The notes beneath the pieces were generated by a model that saw only the letters and a list, made by a program, of their open reading frames with translations, did not search any database and was not told the DNA's origin. The translations under genes were made by a program, and so were the position numbers. Below, one piece after another: positions 45,140-59,740 of a stretch of 64,000 bases of DNA (positions are counted from its first letter, which is position 1; every line of letters begins with the position of its first letter). This DNA comes from the human T2T-CHM13v2.0 reference genome, Homo sapiens, in assembly GCF_009914755.1 (NCBI RefSeq), contig NC_060933.1; one strand, given 5' to 3'.

Positions 45140-46340
45140 TCCATTCCATTCCATTCGAATCCATTCCATTGCACTCGGGTTGATTCCATTCCATTCCATT
45201 CCATTCCATTTCATTCCATTCCATTCCATTACATTCGGATTGATTCTATTCAATTCCCTTACACTCCATTACATTCCATTCCATTCGGGATGTTTCCATT
45301 CCATTCCATTCCATTCCACTCAATTCCATTGCATCAGGTTGATTGCATTCCATTCCATTCCATTCCATTCCGGATGATTCCATTCCATTGCATTCCATTC
45401 CATTCCATTCCCCTGCACTCGGGATGATTCCATTCCATTCCATTCCATTCCATTCCATTCCATTCCATTCCGTTCCATTCCATTCCATTCCATTCTATTC
45501 CGGTTAATTCCATTCCATTCCATTCGATTAAATTCCATTCCATTCCATTCCATTGCAATCGAGTTGATTCCATTCCATTCCAGTCCATTCCTTTCCGGAT
45601 GATTCCATTCCATTCCATTCCATTCCATTCCATTCCCCTGCAGTCGGGTTGACTCCATTCCATTCCATTCCATTCCATTCCATTCCATTCTATTCCATTC
45701 CATTCCGTTCAATTCCATTCCATTCCATTCTATTCGGGTTAATTCCATTCCATTCCATTCCATTCCATTCCATTCCATTCCAATCGAGTTGATTCCATTC
45801 CATTCCATTCCATTCCATTCGAATCCATTCCATTGCACTCGGGTTGATTCCATTCCATTCCATTCCATTCCATTTCATTCCATTCCATTCCATTACATTC
45901 GGATTGATTCTATTCAATTCCCTTACACTCCATTACATTCCATTCCATTCGGGATGTTTCCATTCCATTCCATTCCATTCCACTCCATTCCATTGCATCA
46001 GGTTGATTGCATTCCATTCCATTCCATTCCATTCCGGATGATTCCATTCCATTGCATTCCATTCCATTCCATTCCCCTGCACTCGGGATGATTCCATTCC
46101 ATTCCATTCCATTCCATTCCGTTCCATTCCATTCCATTCTATTCTATTCCGGTTAATTCCATTCCATTCCATTCGATTAAATTCCATTCCATTCCATTCC
46201 ATTGCAATCGAGTTGATTCCATTCCATTCCAGTCCATTCCGTTCCGGATGATTCCATTCCATTCCATTCCATTCCATTCCATTCCCCTGCAGTCGGGTTG
46301 ATTCCATTCCATTCCATTCCATTCCATTCCATTCCATTCC
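45140..46340 (+). repeat. Direct repeat at ~650-664 bp spacing (45140-45690 and 45805-46340)
   Basis: Shared rare motifs: GAATCC 45157/45821, GGGATGTTTCC 45287/45951, GCATCAGG 45331/45995, ATTCGATTAAATT 45522/46171. Confidence 0.88.
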
Positions 46341-47049
46341 ATTCCATTCCATTTCATTCCGTTGCATTCCATTACATTCAGATTGATTCTATTCAACTCC
46401 CTTACTATCCATTACATTGCATTCCATTCGTGTTGTTCCATTCCATTCCATTCCATTCCACTCCATTCCATTGCACTCGGGTTGATTCCATTCCATTCCA
46501 TTCCATTCCATTGCATTCCGGATGATTCCATTCCATTGCATTTCGTTCCATTACATTCCCCTGCACTCTCGTTGATTCCATTCCATTCCATTCAATTCCA
46601 TTCCATTACAATTCGTTCCATTCCATTCTATTCCGTACCATTCCATTCCATTCCATACCATTCCATTCCATTCCCTTCCATTCCATTCCGTTCCATTCCG
46701 TTCCATTGCATTCCATTCCATTCTATTCCGGTTAATTCCATTCCATTCCTTTCCATTCCATTCTATTCCATTCCATTGCAATCGAGTTGAATCCATTGCA
46801 TTTCATTCCATTCCATTCCATTCCATTCCATTCCGGAAGATTCCATTCCATTGCATTCCATTCCCCTGCACTCGCGTTGATTCCATTCCATTCCATTCCA
46901 TTCCATTCCGTTCCGTTCCGTTCCATTCCATTCCATTCGATTCCATTCCGTTCCGTTCCATTCCATTCCATTCCATTCTATTTGGGTTAATTCCATTCCA
47001 TTCCATTCGATTGCAATCGAGTTGATTCCATTCCATTCCATTCCATTCC

Positions 47050-48420
47050 ATTCCATTCCATTCCAATCCATTACAATCGAGTTGATTCCATTCCATTCCA
47101 TTCCATTCCATTCCATTCCATTCCAGTCATTTCCATTCCATTCCACTCGGGTTGATTCCATTCTATTAGTTTCCATTCCATTCCATTCCCTTCCATTCCA
47201 CTCTGGTTGATTCCATTCCTTTCCATTCCACTCGAATACGTTCCCTCCTATTCCACTCTGAACGATTCCATTCTATTCCATTCCATTGCATTCCATTTCG
47301 TTCCATTCCATTCTATTCCGTACCATTCCATTCCATTCCATTCCTTTCCATTCCATTCCATTCCACTCGTGTTGATTCCATTCCTTTCCATTCCATTCGG
47401 TTTGAAGGCATTCCAATCCATTCAATTCCATTCCATTCCATTCCATTCCATTCCATTCCATTCCATTGTACTCGGGTTGATTCCATTCCATTGCATTCCA
47501 TTCCATTCCATTCCCCTTCAGTCGGGTTGATTCCATTCCATTCCATTCCATTCCATTCCATTCCATTCCGTTCCTTTCCATTTAATTCCATTCCATTCTA
47601 TTCGGGTTAATTCCACTCCATTCCATTCCATTCCATTCCATTCCATTCCAATCGAGTTGATTCCATTCCATTCCATTCCATTCCATTCCACTCCATTCCA
47701 GTCCTTTCCATTCCATTCCACTCGGGTTGATTCCAATGTATTCCTTTCCATTCCATTCCATTCCATTGCAATCGAGTTGATTCCATTGCTTTGCATTCCA
47801 TTCCATTCCATTCCATTCCGGATGATTCCATTCCATTGCATTCCATTCCATTCCATTCCCCTGCACTCGGGTTGATTCCATTCCATTCCACTCCATTCCG
47901 TTCCATTCCATTCCATTCCGTTTTATTCGGGTTAATTCCATTCCATTCCGTTCAATTCCATTCCATTCCAATCCATTACAATCGAGTTGATTCCATTCCA
48001 TTCCATTCCATTCCATTCCATTCCAGTCATTTCCATTCCATTCCACTCGGGTTGATTCCATTCTATTAGTTTCCATTCCATTCCATTCCCTTCCATTCCA
48101 CTCTGGTTGATTCCATTCCTTTCCATTCCACTCGAATACGTTCCCTCCTATTCCACTCTGAACGATTCCATTCTATTCCATTCCATTCCATTCCATTTCG
48201 TTCCATTCCATTCTATTCCATACCATTCCATTCCATTCCGTTCCTTTCCATTCCATTCCATTCCACTCGTGTTGATTGCATTCCTTTCCATTCCATTCGG
48301 TTTGAAGGCATTCCAATCCATTCAATTCCATTCCATTCCATTCCATTCCATTCCATTCCATTCCATTCCATTCCATTGTACTCGGGTTGATTCCATTCCA
48401 TTGCATTCCATTCCATTCCA
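47050..48420 (+). repeat. Direct repeat of ~450 bp at ~900 bp spacing
   Basis: TTCCAGTCAT 47121/48021, CTCGAATACGTTCCCTCCTATTCCACTCTGAACG 47231/48131, TTTGAAGGCATTCCAATCC 47401/48301. Confidence 0.88.
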
Positions 48421-50197
48421 TTCCATTCCATTCCGTTGCATTCCATTCCATTACATTCGGATTGATTCTATTCAACTCCCTTAATCTCCATTCCATTCCA
48501 TTCCATTCGGGTTGTTCCATTCCATTCCATTCCATTCCACTCCATTCCATTGCACTCGGGTTGATTCCATTCCATTCCATTCCATTCCATTCCATTCCGG
48601 ATGATTCCATTCCATTGCATTCCGTTCCATTACATTCCCCTGCACTCGCGTTGATTCCATTCCATTCCATTCCATTCCATTCAGTTCCATTCCATTACAA
48701 TTCGTTCCATTCCATTCTATTCCGTACTATTCCATTCCATTCCATACCATTCCATTCCATTCCATTCTATTCCATTCCATTCCATTCCGTTCCATTCCTT
48801 TCCATTCCATTCCATTCCATTCTATTCGGGTTAATTCCATTCCATTCCATTCCATTCCATTCCATTCTATTCCATTCCATTGCAATCGAGTTGAGTCCAT
48901 TGCATTTCATTCCATTCCATTCCATTCCATTCCGGAAGATTCCATTCCATTGCATTCCATTCCATTCCATTCCCCTGCACTCGCGTTGATTCCATTCCAT
49001 TCCATTCCATTCCATTCCATTCCGTTCCGTTCCGTTCCGTTCCATTCCATTCCACTCCATTCCATTCCATTCCGTTCCGTTCCATTCCATTCCTTTCCAT
49101 TCTATTTGGGTAATTCCATTCCATTCCATTCGATTGCAATCGAGTTGATTCCATTCCATTCCATTGCATTCCATTCCATTCCATTCCTTTCCATTCCATT
49201 ACGGATGATTCCATTCCATTACATTCCATTCCATTCCATTCCCCTGTACTCGGGTTGATTCCATTCCATTCCATTCCAATCCATGCCATTCCACTCGTGT
49301 TGATTCCATTCTTTCCATTCCATTCAAGTTGAATCCATTCCATTGCATTGCATTCCATTCGATTCCATTCGATTGCACTCTTGTTGATTCCATTCCATTC
49401 CATTCCATTCTATTCCATTCCATTCCATTCCGTTCCATTCCATTCCATTACATTCAGATTGATTCTATTCAATTCCCTTACACTCCATTACATTCCATTC
49501 CATTCGGGTATTTTCCATTCCATTCCATTCCATTCCTCTCCATTCCATTGCACTCGGGTTGATTCCATTCCATTGCATTCCATTCCATTCCATTCAATTC
49601 CATTCCGTTCTATCCCATTCCATTACATTCGGAATGATTCTATTCAACTCCCTTACTCTCCATTACATTCCATTCCATTAGGGTTGTTCCATTCCATTCC
49701 ATTCCATTCCACTCCATTCCATTGCACTCGGGTTGATTCCGTTCCATTCCATTCCATTCCGGAAGATTCCATTCCATTGCATTCCATTGCATTCCATTCC
49801 CCTGCACTCGCGTTGATTCCATTCCATTCCATTCCATTCCATTCCGTTCCTTTCCGTTCCATTCCATTCCATTCCATTCCGTTCCGTTCCGTTCCGTTCC
49901 GTTCCGTTCCGTTCCATTCCATTCCATTCTATTCGGGTTAATTCCATTCCATTCCATTCGATTGCAATCGAGTTGATTCCATTCCATTCCATTCCATTCC
50001 CTTCCATTCCATTCCATTCCTTTCCATTCCATTACGGATGATTCCATTCCATTGCATTCCATTCCATTCCATTCCCCTGTACTCGGGTTCATTCCATTCC
50101 ATTCCATTCCAATCCATGCCATTCCACTCGTGTTGATTCCATTCTTTCCATTCCATTCAAGTTGAATCCATTCCATTGCATTCCATTCCATTCCATT
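47515..50197 (+). repeat. Representative complete copy (~2.7 kb) of the degenerate higher-order module cycle
   Basis: Modules appear in the order that recurs through the window: CCCCT(G/T)CAGTCGGG > CCAATGTATTCC > TTGCTTTGC > CTATTAGTTTCC > CTCGAATAC..GAACG > CGGTTTGAAGGC > CAACTCCCTTA > TACAATTCGTTCC > CCGGAAGATT > TTACGGATG > CAAGTTGAATCC > CAATTCCCTTACAC > CAACTCCCTTACTC > CCGGAAGATT > TTACGGATG > CAAGTTGAATCC > next CCCCTGCAG at ~50198. Confidence 0.7.
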
Positions 50198-53100
50198 CCC
50201 CTGCAGTCGGGTTGATTCCATTCCATTCCATTCCATTCCCTTCCATTCCATTTCATTCCGTTCCGTTCCATTTAATTCCATTCCATTCTATTCGGGTTAA
50301 TTCCATTCCATTCCATTCCATTCCATTCCATTCCATTCCAATCGAGTTGATTCCATTCCATTCCATTCCATTCCATTCCACTCCATTCCAGTCATTTCCA
50401 TTCCATTCCACTCGGGTTGATTCCAATGTATTCCTTTCCAGTCCATTCCATTCCATTGCAATCGAGTTGATTCTATTGCTTTGCATTCCATTCCATTCCA
50501 TTCCATTCCGGATGATTCCATTCCATTGCATTCCATTCCATTCCATTCCCCTGCACTCGGGTTGATTCCATTCCATTCCACTCCATTCCGTTCCATTCCA
50601 TTCCATTCCATTATATTTGGGTTAATTCCATTCCATTCCATTCCATTCCATTCCATTCCATTCCATTCCATTCCATTACAATCGAGTTGATTCCATTTCA
50701 TTCCATTCCATTCCATTCCATTCCTTTCCAGTCCTTTCCATTCCATTCCACTCGGGTTGATTCCATTCTAGTAGTTTCCATTCCATTCCATTCCCTTCCA
50801 TTCCACTCTGGTTGATTCCATTCGTTTCCAATCCACTCGAATACATTCCCTCCTTTTCCACTCGGAACGATTCCATTCCATTCCATTCCATTCCATTCCA
50901 TTCCATTCCATTCCATTCCATTCCATTCCATTCCATTTCTTTCCATTCCATTATATTCCATACCATTCCATTCCATTCGATTGCATTCCATTCCATTCCA
51001 TTCCATTCCACTCGTGTTGATTCCATTCCTTTCCATTCCATTCGGTTTGAAGCCATTCCTTTCCATTCCATTCCATTCCATTCCATTCCATTCCATTCCA
51101 TTGTAGTCGGGTTGATTCCATTCAATTGCATTCCATTCCATTCCATTCCATTCCATTCCATTCCATTCCATTCCATTCCGGATGATTCCATTCCATTACA
51201 TTCTGTTCCATTACATTCCCCTGCACTCGCGTTGATTCCATTCCATTCCATTCCATTCCCCACCATTCCATTCCATTCCATTCCATTCCATTCCATTCCG
51301 TTCCGTTCCATTCCGTTCCATTCCATTCCATTCTATTCGGGTTAATTCCATTGCATTCCATTCCATTCCATTCTATTCCATTCCATTGCAATCGAGTTGA
51401 ATCCATTGCATTCCATTCCATTCCATTCCATTCCGGAAGATTCCATTCCATTGCATTCCATTACATTCCATTCCCCTGCACTCGCGTTGATTCCATTCCA
51501 TTCCATTCCATTCGGATTCATTCTATTCAATTCCCTTACACTCCATTACATTCCATTCGATTCGTGTAGTTTCCATTCCATTCCATTCCATTCCTCTCCA
51601 TTCCATTGCACTCGGGTTGATTCCATTCCATTCCATTCCATTCCATTCCATTCCATTCCATTCCATTCCATTCCATTCCGGATGATTCCATTCCATTGAA
51701 TTCCATTCCATTCCATTCCCCTGCACTTGGGTTGATTCCATTCCATTCCATTCCATTCCTTTCTGTTCCATTCAATTCCATTCCATTCCATTCTATTCGT
51801 GTTAATTCCATTCCATTCTATTCCATTCCATTCCATTGAAATCGAGTTGATTCCATTCCATTCCATTCCATTCCATTCCATTCCGGATGATTCCATTCCA
51901 TTGCATTCCATTCCATTCCATTCCCCTGCACTCGGGTTGATTCCATTCCATTCCATTCCATTCCATTCCATTCCATTCCGTTCCATTTCATTCTATTCGG
52001 GTTAATTCCATTCCATTCCATTCCACTCCATTCCAGTCCTTTCCATTCCATTCCACTCGGGATGATTCCATTCTATTCCTTTCAATTCCATTCCATTCCA
52101 TTGCAATCGAGTTGATTCCATTCGAGTTGAATCCATTCCATTCCATTCCATTGCACACAGGTTCATTCCATTCCATTCCATTCCATTCCATTCCATTCCA
52201 TTCCATTTCATTCCATTCCATTCTATTCCGTACCATTCCATTCCATCCCATTCCATTCCGTTCCATTCCATGCCATTACACTCGGGTTGATTCCATTCCT
52301 TTCCATTCCATTCTTGTTGAATCCATTCCATTCCATTCCTTTCCATTCGAATCCATTCCATTGCACTCATGCTGATTCCATTCCATTCCATTCCATTCCA
52401 TTTCATTCCATTCCATTCCATTACATTCGGATTGATTCTATTCAATTCCCTTACACTCCATTACATTCCATTCCATTCGGGATGTTTCCATTCCATTCCA
52501 TTCCATTCCACTCCATTCCATTGCATCAGGTTGATTGCATTCCATTCCATTCCATTCCATTCCGGATGATTCCATTCCATTGCATTCCATTCCATTCCAT
52601 TCCCCTGCACTCGGGTTGATTCCATTCCATTCCATTCCATTCCATTCCATTCCATTTCTTTCCATTCCATTCCATTCCATTCTATTCCGGTTAGTTCCAT
52701 TCCATTCCATTCCATTCCATTCCATTCCATTGCAATCGAGTTGATTCCATTCCATTCCATTCCATTCCATTCCATTCCATTCCAGTTCGTTCGATTCCAT
52801 TCTATTCCATACCATTCCATTCTATTCCATTCCTTTCCATTCCATTCCTTTCCACTCGTGTTGATTCCATTCCTTTCCATTCCATTCGGTTTGAAGGCAT
52901 TCCATTCCATTCAATTCCATTCCATTCCATTCCATTCCATTCCATTCTATTCCATTCCATTGCAATCGAGTTGAATCCATTGCCTTTCATTCCATTCCAT
53001 TCCATTCCATTCCATTCCGGAAGATTCCATTCCATTGCATTCCATTCCATTCCATTCCCCTGCACTCGCGTTGATTCCATTCCATTCCATTCCATTCCAT

Positions 53101-56049
53101 TCCGTTCCTTTCCATTCCATTCCATTCCATTCCATTCCATTCCGTTCCGTTCCATTCCATTCCATTCCATTCTATTCGGGTTAATTCCATTCCATTCCAT
53201 TCGATTGCCATCGAGTTGATTCCATTCCATTCCATTCCATTCCATTCCATTCCATTCCATTCCACTCCATTCGGTTCCGTTGCATTCCATTCTATTGCAT
53301 TCCATTCTATTCGGGTTAATTCCATTCCATTCTATTCCATTCCATTCCATTCCATTCCATTGCAATGGAGTTGATTCCATTCCATTCCATTCCATTCCGG
53401 ATGATTCCATTCCATTGCATTCCATTCCATTCCATTCCCCTGCACTCGTGTTGATTCCATTCCCTTCCATTCCATTCCATTCCGTTCCATTCCATTCCAT
53501 TCCATTCTATTCCGGTTAATTCCATTCCATTCCATTCCATTCCATTCCATTCCATTCCATTCCATTTCTTTCCATTCCATTCTATTCCATACCATTCCAT
53601 TCCATTCGATTGCATTCCATTCCATTCCATTCCATTCCACTCGTTTTGATTCCATTCCTTTCCATTCCATTCGGTTTGAAGCCATTCCTTTCCATTCCAT
53701 TCCATTCCATTCCATTCCATTCCATTCCATTGTAGTCGGGTTGATTCCATTCAATTGCATTCCATTCCATTCCATTCCATTCCTTTCCATTCCATTACGG
53801 ATGATTCCATTCCATTGCATTCCATTCCATTCCATTCCCCTGTAATCGGGTTGATTCCATTCCATTCCATTCAAATCCATGCCATTCCACTCGTGTTGAT
53901 TCCATTCTTTCCATTGCATTCAAGTTTAATCCATTCCATTGCATTCCATTCCATTCCATTCCCCTGCAGTCGGGTTGATTCCATTCCATTCCATTCCATT
54001 CCATTCCATTCCATTCCATTCCGTTCCGTTCCGTTCCATTCCATTCCATTCCATTCTATTCGGGTTAATTCCATTCCATTCCATTCCATTCCATTCCAAT
54101 CGAGTTGATTCCATTCCATTCCATTCCATTCCATTCCACTCCATTGCAGTCCTTTCCATTCCATTCCACTCGGGTTGATTCCAATGTATTCCTTTCCATT
54201 CCATTCCATTCAATTGCAATCGAGTTGATTCCATTGCTTTGCATTCCATTCCATTCCATTCCATTCCGGATGATTCCATTCCATTGCATTCCATTCCATT
54301 CCATTCCCCTGCACTCGGGTTGATTCCATTCCATTCCACTCCATTCCGTTTCATTCCATTCCATTCCATTTTATTCGGGTTATTTCCAATCCATTGCATT
54401 CCATTCCATTCCATTCCCCTGCACTCGGGTTGATTCCATTCCATTCCACTCCATTCCGTTCCATTCCATTCCATTCCATTCCACTCCATTCCGTTCCATT
54501 CCATTCCATTCCATTGTATTCGGGTTAATTCCATTCCATTCCATTCCATTCCATTCCATTCCATTCCATTCCATTACAATCGAGTTGATTCCATTCCATT
54601 CCATTCCATTCCATTCCATTCCATTCCAGTCCTTTCCATTCCATTCCACTCGGTTGATTCCATTCTATTAGTTTCCATTCCATTCCATTCCCTTCCATTC
54701 CACTCTGGTTGATTCCATTCCTTTCCATTCCACTCGAATACATTCCCTCCTATTCCACTCGGAACGATTCCATTCCATTCCATTCCATTCCATACCATTC
54801 CATTCCATGCCATTCCATTTCGTTCCATTCCATTCTATTCCGTATCATACCTTTCCATTCCATTCCATTCCATTCCATTCCATTCCATTCCATTCCATTC
54901 CACTCGTGTTGATTCCATTCCTTTCCATTCCATTCGGTTTGAAGGCATTCCATTCCATTCCATTCCATTCCATTCCATTCCATTCCATTCCATTCCATTC
55001 CATTGTACTCGGGTTGATTCCATTCCATTGCATTCCATTCCATTCCATTCCATTCCATTCCATTCCATTCCATTCCATTCCGTTGCACTCCATTACATTC
55101 AGATTGATTCTATTCAACTCCCTTACTATCCATTACATTCCATTCCATTCGTGTGGTTCCATTCCATTCCATTCCATTCCACTCCATTCCATTGCACTCG
55201 GGTTGATTCCATTCCATTCCATTCCACTCCGGATGATTCCATTCCATTGCATTTCGTTCCATTACATTCCCCTGCACTCGCGTTGATTCCATTCCATTCC
55301 ATTCAATTCCATTCCATTACAATTCGTTCCATTCCATTCTATTCCGTACCATTCCATTCCATTCCATACCATTCCATTCCATTCCCTTCCATTCCATTCC
55401 GTTCCATTCCGTTCCATTGCATTCCATTCCATTCTATTCGGGTTAATTGCATTCCATTCCATTCCATTCCATTCTATTCCATTCCATTGCAATCGAGTTG
55501 AATCCATTGCATTTCATTCCATTCCATTCCATTCCATTCCGGAAGATTCCATTCCATTGCATTCCATTACATTCCATTCCCCTGCACTCGCGTTGATTCC
55601 ATTCCATTCCATTCCATTCCATTCCTTTCCGTTCCATTCCATTCCATTCCATTCCATTCCATTCCATTCCGTTCCATTCCGTTCCATTCCATTCCATTCC
55701 ATTCTATTCGGGTTAATTCCATTCCATTCCATTCCATTGAAATCGAGTTGATTCCATTCCATTCCATTCCATTCCATTAGATTCCATTCCAATGGAGTTG
55801 ATTCCATTCCATTCCATTCCATTCCATTCCACTCCATTCCAGTCCTTTCCATTCCATTACACTCGGGTTGATTCAATTCTATTCCTTTCCATTCCATTCC
55901 ATTCCATTGCAATCGAGTTGATTCCATTGCTTTGCATTCCATTCCATTCCATTCCATTCCGGATGATTCCATTCCATTGCATTCCATTCCATTCCATTCC
56001 CCTGCACTCGGGTTGATTCCATTCCATTCCACTCCATTCCGTTCCATTC

Positions 56050-57295
56050 CATTCCATTCCATTGTATTCGGGTTAATTCCATTCCATTCCATTCCATTCC
56101 ATTCCATTCCATTACAATCGAGTTGATTCCATTCCATTCCATTCCATTCCATTCCATTACATTACATTCCACTCCTTTCCATTCCTTTCCACTCGGGTTG
56201 ATTCCATTCTATTAGTTTCCATTCCATTCCATTCCCTTCCATTCCATTCCATTTCGTTCCATTCCATTCTATTCCGTACCATTCCATTCCATTCCATTCC
56301 TTTCCATTCCATTCCATTCCACCCGTGTTGATTCCATTCCTTTCCATTCCATTCGGTTTGAAAGCATTCCATTCCATTCAATTCCACTCCATTCCATTCA
56401 ATTCCATTCCATTCCATTCCATTCCATTCCATTCCATTGAACTCGGGTTGATTCCATTCCATTGCATTCCATTCCATTCCATTCCATTCCATTCCGTTGC
56501 ATTCCATTCCATTACATTCGGATTGATTCTATTCAACTCCCTTACTCTCCATTACATTCCATTCCATTCGGGTTGTTCCATTCCATTCCATTCCATTCCA
56601 CTCCATTCCATTGCACTCGGGTTGATTCCATTCCATTCCATTCCATTCCATTCCATTCCATTCCGGAAGATTCCATTCCATTGCATTCCATTCCATTCCA
56701 TTCCCCTGCACTCGCGTTGATTCCATTCCATTCCATTCCATTCCATTCCATTCCATTCCATTCCATTCCATTGTATTCGGGTTAATTCCATTCCATTCCA
56801 TTCCATTCCATTCCATTCCATTACAATCGAGTTGATTCCATTCCATTCCATTCCATTCCATTCCATTACATTACATTCCACTCCTTTCCATTCCTTTCCA
56901 CTCGGGTTGATTCCATTCTATTAGTTTCCATTCCATTCCATTCCCTTCCATTCCATTCCATTTCGTTCCATTCCATTCTATTCCGTACCATTCCATTCCA
57001 TTCCATTCCTTTCCATTCCATTCCATTCCACCCGTGTTGATTCCATTCCTTTCCATTCCATTCGGTTTGAAAGCATTCCATTCCATTCAATTCCACTCCA
57101 TTCCATTCAATTCCATTCCATTCCATTCCATTCCATTCCATTCCATTGAACTCGGGTTGATTCCATTCCATTGCATTCCATTCCATTCCATTCCATTCCA
57201 TTCCGTTGCATTCCATTCCATTACATTCGGATTGATTCTATTCAACTCCCTTACTCTCCATTACATTCCATTCCATTCGGGTTGTTCCATTCCAT
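56050..57295 (+). repeat. Near-identical direct repeat of ~540 bp at 709 bp spacing
   Basis: TTACATTCCACTCCTTTCC 56162/56871, CCCGTGTTG 56322/57031, AAGCATT 56362/57071. ORFs 56157..56507 and 56866..57216 translate identically. Confidence 0.92.
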
Positions 57296-59660
57296 TTCAT
57301 TCCATTCCACTCCATTCCATTGCATTCGGGTTGATTACATTCCATTCCATTCCATTCCATTCCGGATGATTCCATTCCATTGCATTCCGTTCCATTGCAT
57401 TCCCTTGCACTCGCGTTGATTCCATTCCATTCCATTCAATTCAATTCCATTACAATTCGTTCCATTCCATTCTATTCCGTACCATTCCATTCCATTCCAT
57501 ACCATTCCATTCCATTCCATTCCATTCCGTTCCATTCCGTTCCATTCCATTCCATTCCATTCTATTCGGGTTAATTCCATTCCATTCCATTCCACTCCAT
57601 TCTATTCCATTCCACTGCAATCGAGTTGAATCCATTGCATTTCATTCCATTCCATTCCATTCCATTCCGGAAGATTCCATTCCGTTGCATTCCATTCCAT
57701 TCCATTCCCCTGCACTCGCGTTGATTCCAATCCATTCCATTCCATTCCATTCCATTCCGTTCCGTTCCGTTCCGTTCCATTCCATTCCATTCCATTCCAT
57801 TCCATTCCGTTCCGTTCCATTCCATTCCATTCCATTCTATTCCGTTCCGTTCCGTTCCTTTCCGTTCCGTTCCATTCCATTCCATTCTATTCGGGTTAAA
57901 TCCATTCCATTCCATTCGATTGCAATCGAGTTGATTCCATTCCATTCCATTCCATTCCATTCCATTCCATTCCATTCCATTCCCTTTCCGTTCCATTCCA
58001 TTCCATTCCATTCCGTTCCGTTCCATTCCATTCCATTCCATTCTATTTGGGTTAATTCCATTCCATTCCATTTGATTGCAATCGAGTTGATTCCATTCCG
58101 TTCCATTCCATTCCATTCCATTCCATTCCTTTCCATTCCATTACGGATGATTCCATTCCATTGCATTCCATTCCATTCCATTCCCCTGTACTCGGGTTGA
58201 TTCCATTCCATTCCATTCCAATCCATGCCATTCCACTCGTGTTGATTCCATTCTTTCCATTCCATTCAAGTTGAATCCATTCCATTGCATTGCATTCCTT
58301 TCGATTCCATTCGATTGCACTCGGGTTGATTCCATTCCATTCCATTCCATTCCATTCCATTCCATTCCATTCCATTCTGTTCCATTCCATTCCATTACAT
58401 TCGGATTGATTCTATTCAATTCCCTTACACTCCATTACATTCCATTCCATTCGGGTAGTTTCCATTCCATTCCATTCCATTCCTCTCCATTCCATTGCAC
58501 TCGGGTTGATTCCATTCCATTGCATTCCATTCCATTCCATTCAATTCCATTCCGTTCCATTCCATTCCATTAAATTCGGAATGATTCTATTCAACTCCCT
58601 TACTCTCCATTACATTCCATTCCATTCGGGTTGTTCCATTCCATTCCATTCCATTCCACTCCATTCCATTGCACTCGGGTTGATTCCATTCCATTCCATT
58701 CCGTTCCATTCCGGAAGATTCCATTCCATTGCATTCCATTACATTCCATTCCCCTGCACTCGCGTTTATTCCATTCCATTCCATTCCATTCCATTCCGTT
58801 CCATTCCATTCCTTTCCTTTCCGCTCCATTCAATTCCATTCCATTCCATTCCATTCCGTTCCTTTCCGTTCCGTTCCATTCCATTCCATTCCATTCTATT
58901 CGGGTTAATTCCATTCCATTCCATTCGATTGCAATCGAGTTGATTCCATTCCATTCCATTCCATTCCATTCCATTGCATTCCGGAAGATTCCATTCCATT
59001 GCATTCCATACCATTCCATTCCACTGCACTCACGTTGATTCCATTCCATTCCATTCCATTCCATTCCATTCCATTCCGTTCCGTTCCGTTCCATTCCGTT
59101 CCGTTCCATTCCATTCCGTTCCGTTCCGTTCCATTCCATTCCATTCCATTCTATTCGGGTTAATTGCATTCCATTCCATTCCATTGCAATCGAGTTGATT
59201 CCATTCCATTCCATTCCATTCCATTCCATTCCATTCCATTCCTTTCCATTCCATTACGGATGATTCCATTCCATTGCATTCCATTCCATTCCATTCCCCT
59301 GTACTCGGGTTGATTCCATTCCATTCCGTTCCAATCCATGCCATTCCACTCGTGTTGATTCCATTCTTTCCATTCCATTCAAGTTGAATACATTCCATTG
59401 CATTCCATTCGATTCCATTCGATTGCACTCGGGTTGATTCCATTCCATTGCATTCCATTCCATTCCATTCAATTCCATTCCCTTCCATTCCATTCCATTA
59501 TATTCGGATTGATTTTATTCAACTCCCTTACTCTCCATTACATTCCATTCCATTCGGGTTGTTCCATTCCATTCTATTCCATTCCACTCCATTCCATTGC
59601 ACTCGGGTTTATTCCATTCCATTCCATTCCATTCCATTCCATTCCATTCCATTCCATTCC

Positions 59661-59740
59661 ATTCCAGAAGATTCCATTCCATTGCATTCCATTCCATTCC
59701 ATTCCATTCCATTCCATTCCATTCCATTCCAGAAGATTCC
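59661..59740. promoter_or_regulatory. Paired HSE matches (ATTCCAGAAGATTCC x2, 65 bp apart)
   Basis: 59661-59675 and 59726-59740. A second pair 65 bp apart is at 60970-60984 and 61035-61049. Motif match only. Confidence 0.5.
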
